Source: Histomonas meleagridis 2922-C6/04-290x
Taxonomy: Eukaryota > Protista > Parabasalia
Direction of reading: 5' to 3'
Assembly (NCBI GenBank): GCA_020184695.1
Contig: JAANOX010000037.1
Span: forward strand, 186,001-250,000
DNA: 64,000 nucleotides
In this document: positions 24,412 through 35,128 of the stretch, one piece after another
Layout: the number at the start of each line of letters is the position of its first letter
How positions within the stretch are numbered: the first letter of the stretch is position 1
Notes under the pieces: generated by a model
Told to the model about the DNA's origin: nothing
The model's input: only the letters and a program-made list of their open reading frames with translations
The model's database searches: none
Made by a program: the position numbers and the translations under genes

Positions 24412-25746
24412 TTAGAAATATGAAATCATTAATATATAAATAAAATAAAACGTATATATATTTTTAGTATTTATATTAAAGTTTTTTTGTTTAAGAACAT
24501 ATTTAACTAATTCAATGTTTCCTGACTTTAAAGTTTTAAATATAAAATTTTTTGGTATTTGTTGATGAAATTTTTTAATAAAATGTTTAACAAGATAAAT
24601 GTTCCCATTTTTTGCAGTAAAACAAATTAAATTTTTATTGCATTTCATTCCTTCTTCCTCTAAAAATAAAAGAATCTCATAATTTGCGCTGCAAACGCAT
24701 GAATACATCAACTCATTATTAATTTCACCTATTTTATTATCATAAAGATAATAAAAAATATCATTTCGATGGAATTCAATTGCTGCTTCATAAGCACCTT
24801 CAAAAGCTGAATGATTTTGTTCACATAAATGAATGATTTCTAAGTTTCCACCTGCAATTGCATATTTACCTGTGTTATTTACATTTGCACCATTCATAAG
24901 TAAATATTTAAAACATTTAACTGAACCAAAAAATGCTGCATAATCAATTAATGTGACATTTCTTTGATTAATAAATGAACATCTTTCATAAAGCGATGGT
25001 TCAATTGTTTGATTAAAATCATATTTGTTTTGTGATGCTATTTCTTGAAGTTTTTCAATTTCATCATTTCGAATGATTTTTGATATTTTACTTGGATTAA
25101 CTCCTTCTTTAATATATTGCTTATGAAGTTCCCAATCATTCTTTGAAAGTTCATCATAATTTTCCAAAAAAGTTGTGTCATATATTTTAAAATAATACAC
25201 TGGAAATGTTTCCAAATCAGTTCTTCTCTTGTTTATTATTGAAGAAAGCTTATTTTGTTTTTCTTTTTGATAGTGTGCAAAATATTTTGATTCAATATTG
25301 TTGGGAATACTTGGATCAATTAGATTGTGCTCAATCATTTGTTCAATAAGATAAAATGATTCTTGTGTATAAATTCCTCTTATATAATTAAAAAAAGTTT
25401 CAATGATTTTTGGATAATTTTTATTCATTTTTTCTACATTTGTTTGAATTAATTCCAAATAATTTAAGAAAATATCACTTGAATTTTTTTGTGATAAGAA
25501 TGCATTATATATTAAAAAACTTACATTTATATTAAATGAATATGGAAAATTCGAATCATATAAAATCATTGTTTGATGAACTAATAAATCCAAATTTTCT
25601 TTTGTTAAGCAAAATATTAATTGTTCAAGTGAACAAGGTGTATCGATATATTTATCGATACTCTTATGAGATTTGAAATGTTTTTGGCCTTTGGTTATAG
25701 TGGTGTGATAGTTCATTCTCCAAATCTTTTCAGGTTTTAAATGCAA
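24412..25746 (-). CDS. DUF3447-ankyrin protein, head ORF of locus C
   Basis: DUF3447 signature; ORF runs into the first insert after INTKNIY. Confidence 0.9.
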   Translation of the reverse strand: MHLKPEKIWRMNYHTTITKGQKHFKSHKSIDKYIDTPCSLEQLIFCLTKENLDLLVHQTMILYDSNFPYSFNINVSFLIYNAFLSQKNSSDIFLNYLELIQTNVEKMNKNYPKIIETFFNYIRGIYTQESFYLIEQMIEHNLIDPSIPNNIESKYFAHYQKEKQNKLSSIINKRRTDLETFPVYYFKIYDTTFLENYDELSKNDWELHKQYIKEGVNPSKISKIIRNDEIEKLQEIASQNKYDFNQTIEPSLYERCSFINQRNVTLIDYAAFFGSVKCFKYLLMNGANVNNTGKYAIAGGNLEIIHLCEQNHSAFEGAYEAAIEFHRNDIFYYLYDNKIGEINNELMYSCVCSANYEILLFLEEEGMKCNKNLICFTAKNGNIYLVKHFIKKFHQQIPKNFIFKTLKSGNIELVKYVLKQKNFNINTKNIYTFYFIYILMISYF

Positions 25747-26071
25747 ACATATTCAAAAGTTCTGAAAAGCTATCGTATGAATTTCATTAATGAATTTTTC
25801 TCACGTTCACATGCATTCTGGGAAATAATCATCATCAATTAACAATTAACAACTTAATTAAAAAAAATAAATTTAAGAAAGCATATGATTTAGATGGCGA
25901 TCGATCAACTAATCAATGGATTTTTCATTAAAGTACTTTTTTTGAGTTTTCATCCCACAGGCGTAGGCTTATACACACATATTTTTCTTCAAAAGGTTCG
26001 TTTGAAAATAAAAAATTAAAACAAAAAAGAACATTTTAAAATATATTGATTGATTAAGAAACATAATAAAA

Positions 26072-26653
26072 TCAAAAGATGACAACAGGTTTGCTTGGAT
26101 CATCAACCTTCTCAACCTTAAGGTTAAGTCCAAATACAGATCCAACAACAATTTGGAATAATTTTTTAACATTGATGGAATGCGTATTGGAACAATAAAC
26201 CAGTGGAGCGCCAATAGCAGTTGCAAATTTTTTGGCTTTGTTTGTAATGCATATCCTTTCTTGTTCAGGTAATTCAAAATATTTATCAAATTTATTACCA
26301 ACAAGAAACACACGTGCACTTTGATTGCATTGATATGCAGCTTTATACCAATCACGGAGAGCTGTCAATGATTTAACGTTGGATAAATCAAACATAAAAA
26401 TCATTGCGTGTGCACCTTCGCAACAAATATTAAGCATATCCATGAAATTTTTTTGTCCTCCTATATCCCATATAACAAGATTTACTGGAGTATTTTTTAC
26501 ATTGATTGTTCTTTCTAAAAATTGTACACCAAGAGTTGCGATGTAATCCTCACTAAATGTGCCTTTACAATATTTGACCATAAGTGATGTCTTACCAACC
26601 ATTGTACTACCAATAAGAGCAATTTTTACAGTAACATTCCCTTCTGTTGTCAT
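26072..26653 (-). CDS. SPG1: Spg1/Tem1-like small GTPase
   Basis: GSTMVGKT, WDIGGQ, FMFDL, KFATAIGAPLVYCS..HSINVKKLF; no CAAX motif. Confidence 0.85.
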   Translation of the reverse strand: MTTEGNVTVKIALIGSTMVGKTSLMVKYCKGTFSEDYIATLGVQFLERTINVKNTPVNLVIWDIGGQKNFMDMLNICCEGAHAMIFMFDLSNVKSLTALRDWYKAAYQCNQSARVFLVGNKFDKYFELPEQERICITNKAKKFATAIGAPLVYCSNTHSINVKKLFQIVVGSVFGLNLKVEKVDDPSKPVVIF

Positions 26654-27045
26654 CGAACCAAATGCGTTCAAAAAGTTAATGTATCGTCGCTTTTATGCTC
26701 AGAACAAAGTATTTTTTCCATTCTAAACAGGATTTATCTTCTATTTTTATGAATTTTGAGTGTTTGTTAAAAACTTCATGAGGTTAGTGAGTATACTGAT
26801 GAATTATCAAAGTTTAATTGTAACCTATATCAATTATACATATCTTAGTCGGTTCCTTCTCCAAATAACTTATACTTACAGCATAGAAAATATTTTAATA
26901 TTCATGCATAGAGAAACAAAAAGCTTACATCCATGTCTTTAAATAGAATTATGCTATTTAATTTCAATATTTCTTTATATAATTTCAAGTTAAATTCAAT
27001 ATGATATCTGTTTGTTAAACATTGACAAAAAAGAAAATATTTTAT

Positions 27046-27453
27046 TTACTTCTTCTTGCATCCACCTGTGACGATTGCAACAATGATCATAACAACGCCA
27101 ATTATCATTTGCATAGATCCTGCAGCAATACCAAGATCACCTGCAACACCTAATGTTGCAATTCCATTGATTGCATAATAAACACCTCTAAGGATTGGGG
27201 AATCAACAAAACTAAAGTATTTTGGTATAAAGATAAGACCAAGCTCTGCAATTGCAAATACTAAGTTGATCAAACCGAAGCAGAAGTATGAATATGAAAT
27301 ATAATAATATACATTTACGTTTGATTTTGGTTTATATCCTGCATGAATAGTTCCGCCGGATTCGAAGACGCAAAAGTATGCTGCACCTGCAATAACTTCT
27401 ATGCAGAAGGCTAATATTGATATTACTGTTTGGATATTAAATTGGAAGCCCAT
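27046..27453 (-). CDS. Small multi-TM protein, COPI-associated/Tvp15-like
   Basis: Three to four hydrophobic helices; FSFVDSPILRGVYY..G motif. Confidence 0.55.
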   Translation of the reverse strand: MGFQFNIQTVISILAFCIEVIAGAAYFCVFESGGTIHAGYKPKSNVNVYYYISYSYFCFGLINLVFAIAELGLIFIPKYFSFVDSPILRGVYYAINGIATLGVAGDLGIAAGSMQMIIGVVMIIVAIVTGGCKKK

Positions 27454-28459
27454 TAATAAAATGATCTGAAAAGACGTTTATCTTCTGAAATTTTCTGAAT
27501 AATACGTTATTTCGTTAGTACAAACTTTGCGATCGAAAATAAAGTATTCAACTACAGGATAGTTGTCAGGCACAATTGAAAAAGTTAAATAAAGCTTTGA
27601 AAATGGTACGTTGGATTATTGTGGGATCGTTTTTCTCAAAAAGGCTTCATTCAAAATTTGGCGAAATAGGAGGTTTGTTATGAAAATTTTGGTGGAATTG
27701 AATGGTTCGTTTTTTTTAGTGCAAAACAACATCCATCGATCTACAGTTCTTCTTGAAAGGTATTCTTAAAGGAATCATTGTTTAGATAACTATAATGGAA
27801 GACACATTAAGTTATTCATCGGTATCTATAGCTAAATTAATATTTTGAAATTTAATTGCTCTATTGATTTTATTTTTAACTTGATTTACATACCAGCTTA
27901 CTCTATATTGAATATACTCCCTATCATATAATATAATCTCTTAAATATATATATACAAAATAGATTTATATGGAGCTTTCATTTAAAAATAAAATTAATA
28001 TACAAATAAAGAGAGAAAATGTGGGTTCATATAAAGTATTCTTTTTTCTTATATTTTATGAATATTATTCTGTTCGATAAAATCACTTATTTGAAATACA
28101 AAATTTCGTCGTTAGTTAATTAGGATATGGCGAGGGAATAAGAGACATCATTTATCCTTTTTATGCAAAAGAAACAGAAATTTGATTGTTAAAAATTTTT
28201 CAATTTAGTGTTGTCCAATCCAAGCAAAAATCTTTAATTTGTAAATCATATAATACAAAAACTACAAACACATTAGGTGAATAATTAATTATTTTTTTCA
28301 TTTGTATATCTACGGATTAAATTAAAATTTGGAAAAAATTGTTCATAAAAACCATAAAACAAGTGTTTACCCTTTATTTATTCAGAAGAGCAATGCGTTT
28401 TTTATGAGGATAAAAAATAATTTAAATGTTTGAAGAAACAAAATTAATAAAAATTGTTT

Positions 28460-29065
28460 TTAGCATTTACATCCATCTTTGTTTCCACCATCATTGTCAA
28501 CATCAGTGATTTCAATTTCGTTACCAATTTCTTGAGGGGCAAGAGTCAATAATTCTTTGGCGAGATCATTGAATAATTCTCGAATGCCTTCACCACTTAA
28601 AGCTGATGTTTCTTTGATGTATTCGATTTGGTTATTCAGAGCGAAGTCTTCTCCACTCTTCTTTGAAACTTTTCTTTGAGATTCAAGATCACATTTATTT
28701 GCTGCGCAAACAACGATAGCATTTGGTTGTCCTCTTTCTCTGAATTCGGAATACCATTGTTCAGCTTCTTGGAATGAAACTTCATTTGTAATATCATAAA
28801 CAAGGACTGCAGCTCTTGCATCACGATAATACATAGGTGTTAAAGAACGGTATTTTTCAGAGCCACCTGTATCCCAAATTTCTAGTTTTACATCAGTTCC
28901 ATCAACAGTGATAATCTTCTGTACGAATGAAGCCCCGATTGTAGCTTCGCTTACAGTTGAAAAACGATCATGAACAAATCTATTAAGGAGGGATGTTTTC
29001 CCAGTAGAAGCAGAACCAATTATTACGATCTTTTCGCTTCGGATTTTATTTCCTGCTCTTTGCAT
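28460..29065 (-). CDS. Rab GTPase (Rab5-related)
   Basis: GSASTGKT, TIGASF, WDTGGSEKY..L.PMYYR, NKCD; C-terminal CKC. Confidence 0.9.
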   Translation of the reverse strand: MQRAGNKIRSEKIVIIGSASTGKTSLLNRFVHDRFSTVSEATIGASFVQKIITVDGTDVKLEIWDTGGSEKYRSLTPMYYRDARAAVLVYDITNEVSFQEAEQWYSEFRERGQPNAIVVCAANKCDLESQRKVSKKSGEDFALNNQIEYIKETSALSGEGIRELFNDLAKELLTLAPQEIGNEIEITDVDNDGGNKDGCKC

Positions 29066-29468
29066 ATTGAATAATTTAATAACCAGTCCAACGGTTAAAT
29101 AAACAACTCACCGTAAGTATCAAAAAGCCGCTTTAAAACGGTACCAATCGGCATGCCGATATGATTTTCAATGCAGGGACTCGTTTTTTTTTTCAGGGGG
29201 AAACGATTATTTCTTTATTGAAATTCTTAACGTTAACCAAATGAAACCATTTTACGAATTCCTGTTCGGTTTACTATGTTTTCTAATGTTGGTTTTGTTG
29301 ATATTAACATTTAAAGAGATTATTAAATGTTTATAGCTACACTTTTCTTACAAATAAAAGACAATTTGATTATTATATCACATCACATTTCATAAAGGTT
29401 CCACTTTTTGAAAACATTAAACCACATTCATCGTTTTTAACGTTTTTGCTCCAGAAGGAAAAAGCAAA

Positions 29469-30434
29469 ATGTTTTTTGTATTCTTTGCTCTTTCCCATTC
29501 ATGGTGGGGGCATGCGCACATCATGATTTTACGTATAGCTCAATCTTTCATATCAACAAGCGAAAAGAATCTTCTCGAACAAATAATGAACTATGGTTCA
29601 ATGACACATTATGATTTTCTTCATGTTGCCACCTGGCAAGATGACCTTAAAGACTATTCCAAATTCAAAGGAATGAGTAACTGGCACTTTATGGACAACC
29701 CAGTTGTACGTACAGAAAAGAAAGTCAATCTCATTGAACCTTCCTATAATATTTCTGGATATTTACTTCAATCTTTCGAAACCATCCAAGACAAGACCAC
29801 CACACATCCATGGGCTCTTGCCTTTCATCTTCGTTCCATAATTCATTTTGTTGGTGATGTCCATACTCCACATCATAACTGCATGCTTTACGATGACGAT
29901 CACTTAAGTGGTGATTATGGCGGCAATAGCTATTATCTTAATTGTGAATATGGTTCAGCATGTAATAATATCCACTTTTTATGGGATTCTGTTGGCCTTA
30001 AATATCCAATTACCGATCCAACTATTCCACGATACCTTGATGAGTTTGAAAAGAACTATTCACTTATCATTGAACAATTTCCAAAATCATATTTCACCGA
30101 TAAAAAATATGATTTAGAATCTCTTAAGCCTCTTGATTGGAATGACGAAAGTTATCAGTACTGTGTGATGTATGGATACAACACAACACAACAAGCGCGT
30201 CCAAGCGATGAGTATTTCAAACTCGTTCAGGACCGCGGTGCCGAAAGGGTCGCATTAGCAGGCTATAGGCTTGGATACATCCTTAGGTATATCCTCGATA
30301 ATATGGAGCTCCCAAGTTATGGTAATAACACAACAACAATCCTCGAAATCGTGTTTTGGATTTTGGATGTTGCATGCGTAACAATAATAGTAATATTTGC
30401 TATCCTTTTAAGAAAAAAGCTAAAACTTTCGTAA
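29469..30434 (+). CDS. S1/P1 (class I) nuclease with signal peptide and C-terminal TM anchor
   Basis: WWGHAH, TWQDD, WHFMD, HFVGDVHTPHH, GGN and HFLWD zinc ligands. Confidence 0.92.
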   Translation: MFFVFFALSHSWWGHAHIMILRIAQSFISTSEKNLLEQIMNYGSMTHYDFLHVATWQDDLKDYSKFKGMSNWHFMDNPVVRTEKKVNLIEPSYNISGYLLQSFETIQDKTTTHPWALAFHLRSIIHFVGDVHTPHHNCMLYDDDHLSGDYGGNSYYLNCEYGSACNNIHFLWDSVGLKYPITDPTIPRYLDEFEKNYSLIIEQFPKSYFTDKKYDLESLKPLDWNDESYQYCVMYGYNTTQQARPSDEYFKLVQDRGAERVALAGYRLGYILRYILDNMELPSYGNNTTTILEIVFWILDVACVTIIVIFAILLRKKLKLS

Positions 30435-30998
30435 AGCTCTAAAGTAAACTTTAATCTAAATTTATTTTGGCAAAATAATAATAATGAATATGAAATATAT
30501 GTTTTTCCCAAAAAAATTCCATGTGTTTGGAAGATATATTTTGTGCTTACTCTAAATTGTAAATGAAATCCATTAATGCTTTGAATAATTTTCACATATT
30601 TAATAGTGGAAATCAATTTCCCTCCTTTGCTCTATCGAATTATGTTGAAACTTAGCTTATTCGTGACACAATTTTATTTACTATAATATCTTAAATGATT
30701 TAATAAATATGTGCTCCCTTTGGAATCCAAAGTCTGGACTTTCGATACAAATTTTTGCCAATGGTTTCATTGAAATCGGAGTAAATATAACAAAAAGTTG
30801 TCAAAGACAGTGTCATTTCTTTGATAAACAAAAAGCTTTAAAAAAGCCTTCTCAAGAATTGTTTATAAAAGAAACATCAACAACACCTTCAAGACATTCT
30901 ATCCAATAAGTGAAAAATGCAAGAAATTTTACATTGGTCAGTGACCCAAATTCTTTCTATTTTAGAAAAAGTTTTTTATTAATATATACAAACTAATT

Positions 30999-32042
30999 TT
31001 AACAATTTACAGGCAATAGTTGTGAAGACTTATTCTGTGGTAAACGAGGCACAGGAATATCATCGAGAATAAAAGATGATCTTTCATCATAAACTTCCGC
31101 TCTTACAGTTTGAATTGAATCTAATGACTTTGACTTCAGTCTCTTCAATGGTATCTTTGGGAACGAGACTTTTTGCGCAAGTTTGTCGAAGAAGGGATGT
31201 TCCAATAATTCTTCAACACTCGCTCTCTTCGAAGGATCAATAGAAAGCATCCTATGCAATATATCTGTGAGTGATTCTGACGCATAGCTTGGGATTTGAA
31301 GCTCTGTTTCTTTGGTCACATTTGCAATTTCATATGCTGTACTTCCAGTATATGGAAGTGTTCCAAAGGCTGTCTGATACAATGTGATGCCTAAGCTCCA
31401 AATATCTTCTTTAACTGGGTCAATTTCTTGATCAGCATCATCAAAATATTCAGGAGCTTGGTATGCAGGTGTACCAAAGACCATGTCAGCACTTTGGAAA
31501 GAATGGCCAATTCCAAAATCTGAGAGTTTAGCAACTCCGTCATCAAATAATAATATATTTGATGGTTTAATGTCTTGATGAACAATACACTTTGAGTGAA
31601 GATACTCCATGCCTTTTAGGACCTGGTAAAATATTGAGGCAATTTCTTCTTCGCTCATTTTCTTTTGTTCGTTGATTGAATCTTGTAATGAACCACATTG
31701 TGCATATTCCATGATCAAATATATGGTCTTTGTATCTTTTCTGAAAAGTGTTTCATGAAGTTTTACAATGTTTGGATGATTTAATCTTCTCATTATTCTT
31801 ATTTCTCTTTCGAAACCTGATGTACTATTACTAAGCGAATGACTGGATATTTTTATTGCTTTTGCGGCATATTTTTTTGAAGTTTGAGTATCGACTGCAA
31901 GGTAAACTTTTGCGATGAATCCGATTCCGATTTTAGCTTGGAGAATATACTGATTAAGTTTAACCACATCTTTCTTTTTTAAGTCATCAACATATGTTGG
32001 TTGAAGAAAGGTGTAAGTAATTGTTCCTCTGTGAATGTTCAT
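30999..32042 (-). CDS. CAMK-group Ser/Thr kinase
   Basis: GIGFIAKV, AAK, HQDIKPSN, DFG, GTPAYQAPE. Confidence 0.92.
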   Translation of the reverse strand: MNIHRGTITYTFLQPTYVDDLKKKDVVKLNQYILQAKIGIGFIAKVYLAVDTQTSKKYAAKAIKISSHSLSNSTSGFEREIRIMRRLNHPNIVKLHETLFRKDTKTIYLIMEYAQCGSLQDSINEQKKMSEEEIASIFYQVLKGMEYLHSKCIVHQDIKPSNILLFDDGVAKLSDFGIGHSFQSADMVFGTPAYQAPEYFDDADQEIDPVKEDIWSLGITLYQTAFGTLPYTGSTAYEIANVTKETELQIPSYASESLTDILHRMLSIDPSKRASVEELLEHPFFDKLAQKVSFPKIPLKRLKSKSLDSIQTVRAEVYDERSSFILDDIPVPRLPQNKSSQLLPVNC

Positions 32043-32502
32043 TGTGGTCGTTCGATTTCTGTGGAAGTTTTGGAATTGAATAAATGTATTGAAAATTGAT
32101 TTTTTTGTTTATCTGAAAGCTGTTGGTCTGTGGTTAACCAAAGACTTTTCTCAACGTTTTTAAGTAAAGTGGTCAAAAAAGTCAACTTTTTATGAATTCT
32201 TTTGTGTCAGAAAAATTTCTGGTTTGGAATTTCATTGCCTGACAAATCAATGATATCTTGATACCTATCATTAATAAAAATTACCCAGAAGAATATAATG
32301 AATGCACAAGAAAATGTCTAGCAAAAAACTCAAAATAATTATTAAAAATTATGATTCCGAGTTCGAGAACTTCATGGAGATCAATGATGAGATGAAACGA
32401 GCAAAATTTTCTCCATTGAAATTTCTGAGTGTAAAAACCAAATTTTTGAATATCGTGGTCAAAAACTAATTTTAGGATAACTTTGAAGATTTAATGAGTT
32501 TT

Positions 32503-33060
32503 CTACACTTGCTCGAGCTGGCTTGATGTTATTTGTTGGTCGTTCATCATTCCATTTATTTGTGTAATGGAAAAATCAGTGTTTTGGTTTGAGTTTCTTA
32601 ATCCAGCATACCACCTATTTTTAACCGAACCAGGACTCCTCCCTGGTAATGATTGTGCAATTAAAGACCATCTGTTTCCAATTTCTTTTTGCTTTGTAAT
32701 AATTATTTGATCTTCCCATGGTTCGAAAGGTCCATGCTTGAGTTCAGGAGAAAGCCTATTATGCCACCTTTCTCTACATTGTTTTGGTGTTCTTGAAGGA
32801 ACAAATTTTGCAATATCTATCCATTTTGTTGTACCTATTTTTTGGACCGCATCCTTCAAAAGCTCATCCTCTTGGACAGTCCAAGTTCCCTTTATGGCCA
32901 TTTCTGGGGATTTAATATCTTTAATATCCATAGGTTGATTTTGGATCATTGAAACGTAGTAATTGAGCATGTCTGGGTTTAAATTCATCTGGACAGGCAC
33001 GCTGTTGATGTTTTGATTGATTCCTTGCATCTGATTTGGGATTTGATTCATGGATTCCAT
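32503..33060 (-). CDS. R2R3 Myb transcription factor
   Basis: WTVQEDELL..KQCRERWHNRL..EPWED..GNRW..I...LPGR...VKNRW. Confidence 0.93.
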   Translation of the reverse strand: MESMNQIPNQMQGINQNINSVPVQMNLNPDMLNYYVSMIQNQPMDIKDIKSPEMAIKGTWTVQEDELLKDAVQKIGTTKWIDIAKFVPSRTPKQCRERWHNRLSPELKHGPFEPWEDQIIITKQKEIGNRWSLIAQSLPGRSPGSVKNRWYAGLRNSNQNTDFSITQINGMMNDQQITSSQLEQV

Positions 33061-33148
33061 AATTCCTCAGAAATTAAATGGCGCGGATTTTTAACCGTAA
33101 AGTAGTTTTCACGGTTTACGATAGGACTATACGTTTAGAAATTTATTC

Positions 33149-34396
33149 ATGGATTATTCTTCGAGACTTTCAAGAACTCCAACAAAAAAATCATCAATAA
33201 GTGATAGGTTCTTTTCACCAATAAAACCAAATAATAATGGTAGAGTATCAATGACTCCAGATAGAAATCTTCATCGAAGATCATCGAAATTAACTTCATT
33301 AAATTATCCTGAAAATGAAAGATTAAATTCATTAAAATCTAGTTTTTGTTCTCCTAATGCACAATTTAATCAATCTTCACCAAGAAGAAGACAAACATCT
33401 TTACAAACATCACCTGTATCTTCACCTTCTTCAAATGTAAGACATTTCCCATCAAAGCCAATTCATGTTGTTGAGTTAGATAATATTTTATCAGACTTTT
33501 ATATTTCTCCACTTGATTGGTCACGAAATAACACAATTGCATTTGCATTAGAAGATAAAGTTTTATTCTTCAATCCTAAAACAATGGAATCACATGAGCC
33601 TCGTAATCTTCCACTTGATGTTGTTTCTTTGAAGTTTAATCCTTATGGAGATAAACTCTTTTTTGGCTGTCATGAAGGAGATGGAATTATATATGATATT
33701 TTTACAAATAGTACTACATATGAAACGCGACTTTTCGAAACGACAGTTTTATCAATTGATTGGAAATCCAATCAAATTCTTACGGGTTGTAGCGATGGTT
33801 CTTCTTCAATAATCGATATGCGTGATGAGAAACCAATCATAAATATTCAATCATCACATTTAGAGGAAGTTTGTTCTGTAAAATTTCAACCAGATTCATA
33901 TCTTTATGCAACATGTGGTAATGATTGTACAGTCAAAATTTGGGATCAAAGAAATCTCGATAAAGAACCATTAGTTACATATTCCGAACATGAAGCTGCA
34001 ATCAGAGCCGTTTCTTGGTGTCCAACTAATAAAGATTTAATTGTTACTGGAGGTGGTACAGCTGATCGATGTATTAAAATGTGGAATGTTCAAACAGGTG
34101 ATACAATTAAAAGTATTAACACTGGTTCACAAGTTTGTAACTTATTTTGGAATTCCGAATATGATGAAATTTTCTCTACACATGGTTATTCACAGAACCA
34201 TTTGGCTATTTGGAAAGGAACTGATTTATCACCTGTTGCTTCATTTCATAATCATCGGCAAAGAATTCTTTACATGTGTCATTCACCAGATGGTACAACA
34301 GTAGCTACGGCAGCTCCTGATGATTCATTGCAAATTTGGAAAATGTTCCCATCGAAAAGAGCTTCAATTTCTCAGTCTCTTTTACTACTTAGGTAA
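33149..34396 (+). CDS. CDC20: Cdc20/Fizzy-family APC activator
   Basis: C-box-like SDRF, WD40 propeller (LDWS, HEAAIRAVSWCP, TGGGTADR, TGSQVCNL), C-terminal LR tail. Confidence 0.9.
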   Translation: MDYSSRLSRTPTKKSSISDRFFSPIKPNNNGRVSMTPDRNLHRRSSKLTSLNYPENERLNSLKSSFCSPNAQFNQSSPRRRQTSLQTSPVSSPSSNVRHFPSKPIHVVELDNILSDFYISPLDWSRNNTIAFALEDKVLFFNPKTMESHEPRNLPLDVVSLKFNPYGDKLFFGCHEGDGIIYDIFTNSTTYETRLFETTVLSIDWKSNQILTGCSDGSSSIIDMRDEKPIINIQSSHLEEVCSVKFQPDSYLYATCGNDCTVKIWDQRNLDKEPLVTYSEHEAAIRAVSWCPTNKDLIVTGGGTADRCIKMWNVQTGDTIKSINTGSQVCNLFWNSEYDEIFSTHGYSQNHLAIWKGTDLSPVASFHNHRQRILYMCHSPDGTTVATAAPDDSLQIWKMFPSKRASISQSLLLLR

Positions 34397-35128
34397 TAAA
34401 ATAAATGTTTATCATTGATATCCAATAATTTCTTCAGTGTTTCTCAGAAAAAATATTTGATAAATAAGAAGTTAATATAAATTTTTAAATGAAATAAACC
34501 TTTTTCCGAATCATATTTGTTTATCAAAGTTTTTTTTCTAATTCCTTTAAGGGATTCATGCTTTTCTTTTGTTTGATCAATTCAAAAAGTGGACGGTTTT
34601 AGTATGAAAACCCCTAATGATAACATATCTAAAATCACTTATCAAACAATAATGAATTGATATTAATATAAAAAATATTGAGTAAATACCAAATTTGTAA
34701 ATCAATAAAAAATACAATTTAATTTATTGAAAAATGTTATATTTACAAAAATTGCAAAATTTTTTGATAAAAATATTTTTTAATACCAAACTAATATTAC
34801 AAAGTATTTGCAAATGTACAGCAGTGCATACAAATATCCATTTTTTTTTTATTTTTCTTCACCAATTCCAAAATAAGCATATAATTTGCAAAAACAAAAA
34901 AATACTTGTTATGGGAATGCAGTTTTTTCACTAAAATTTATTCCGAATACCATTAAAAATAATAAAATTAAATAAATGAAGGGGGAAAAAATAAAATTAA
35001 ATAAAAAACAGCGACCGTTTAAATTCAATCCCCACAAAAAGAAAATTTTTCATAAGCTATTGAAAAAGTGCATACAGTTGTACGAGTAGTCTCAACCTAA
35101 ACTTGAAAAAATTCAAAAAAAACAAAAG

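Noticed and set aside
27570-27790. Minus-strand SRRTVDRW, a possible transposase HTH remnant
   Set aside because: Too short and degraded to support a call.
35005-35025. GACCGTTT as an ankyrin-locus promoter motif (also at ~47058)
   Set aside because: Absent upstream of loci C and F, and ACCGT/ACGGT occurs near unrelated genes.
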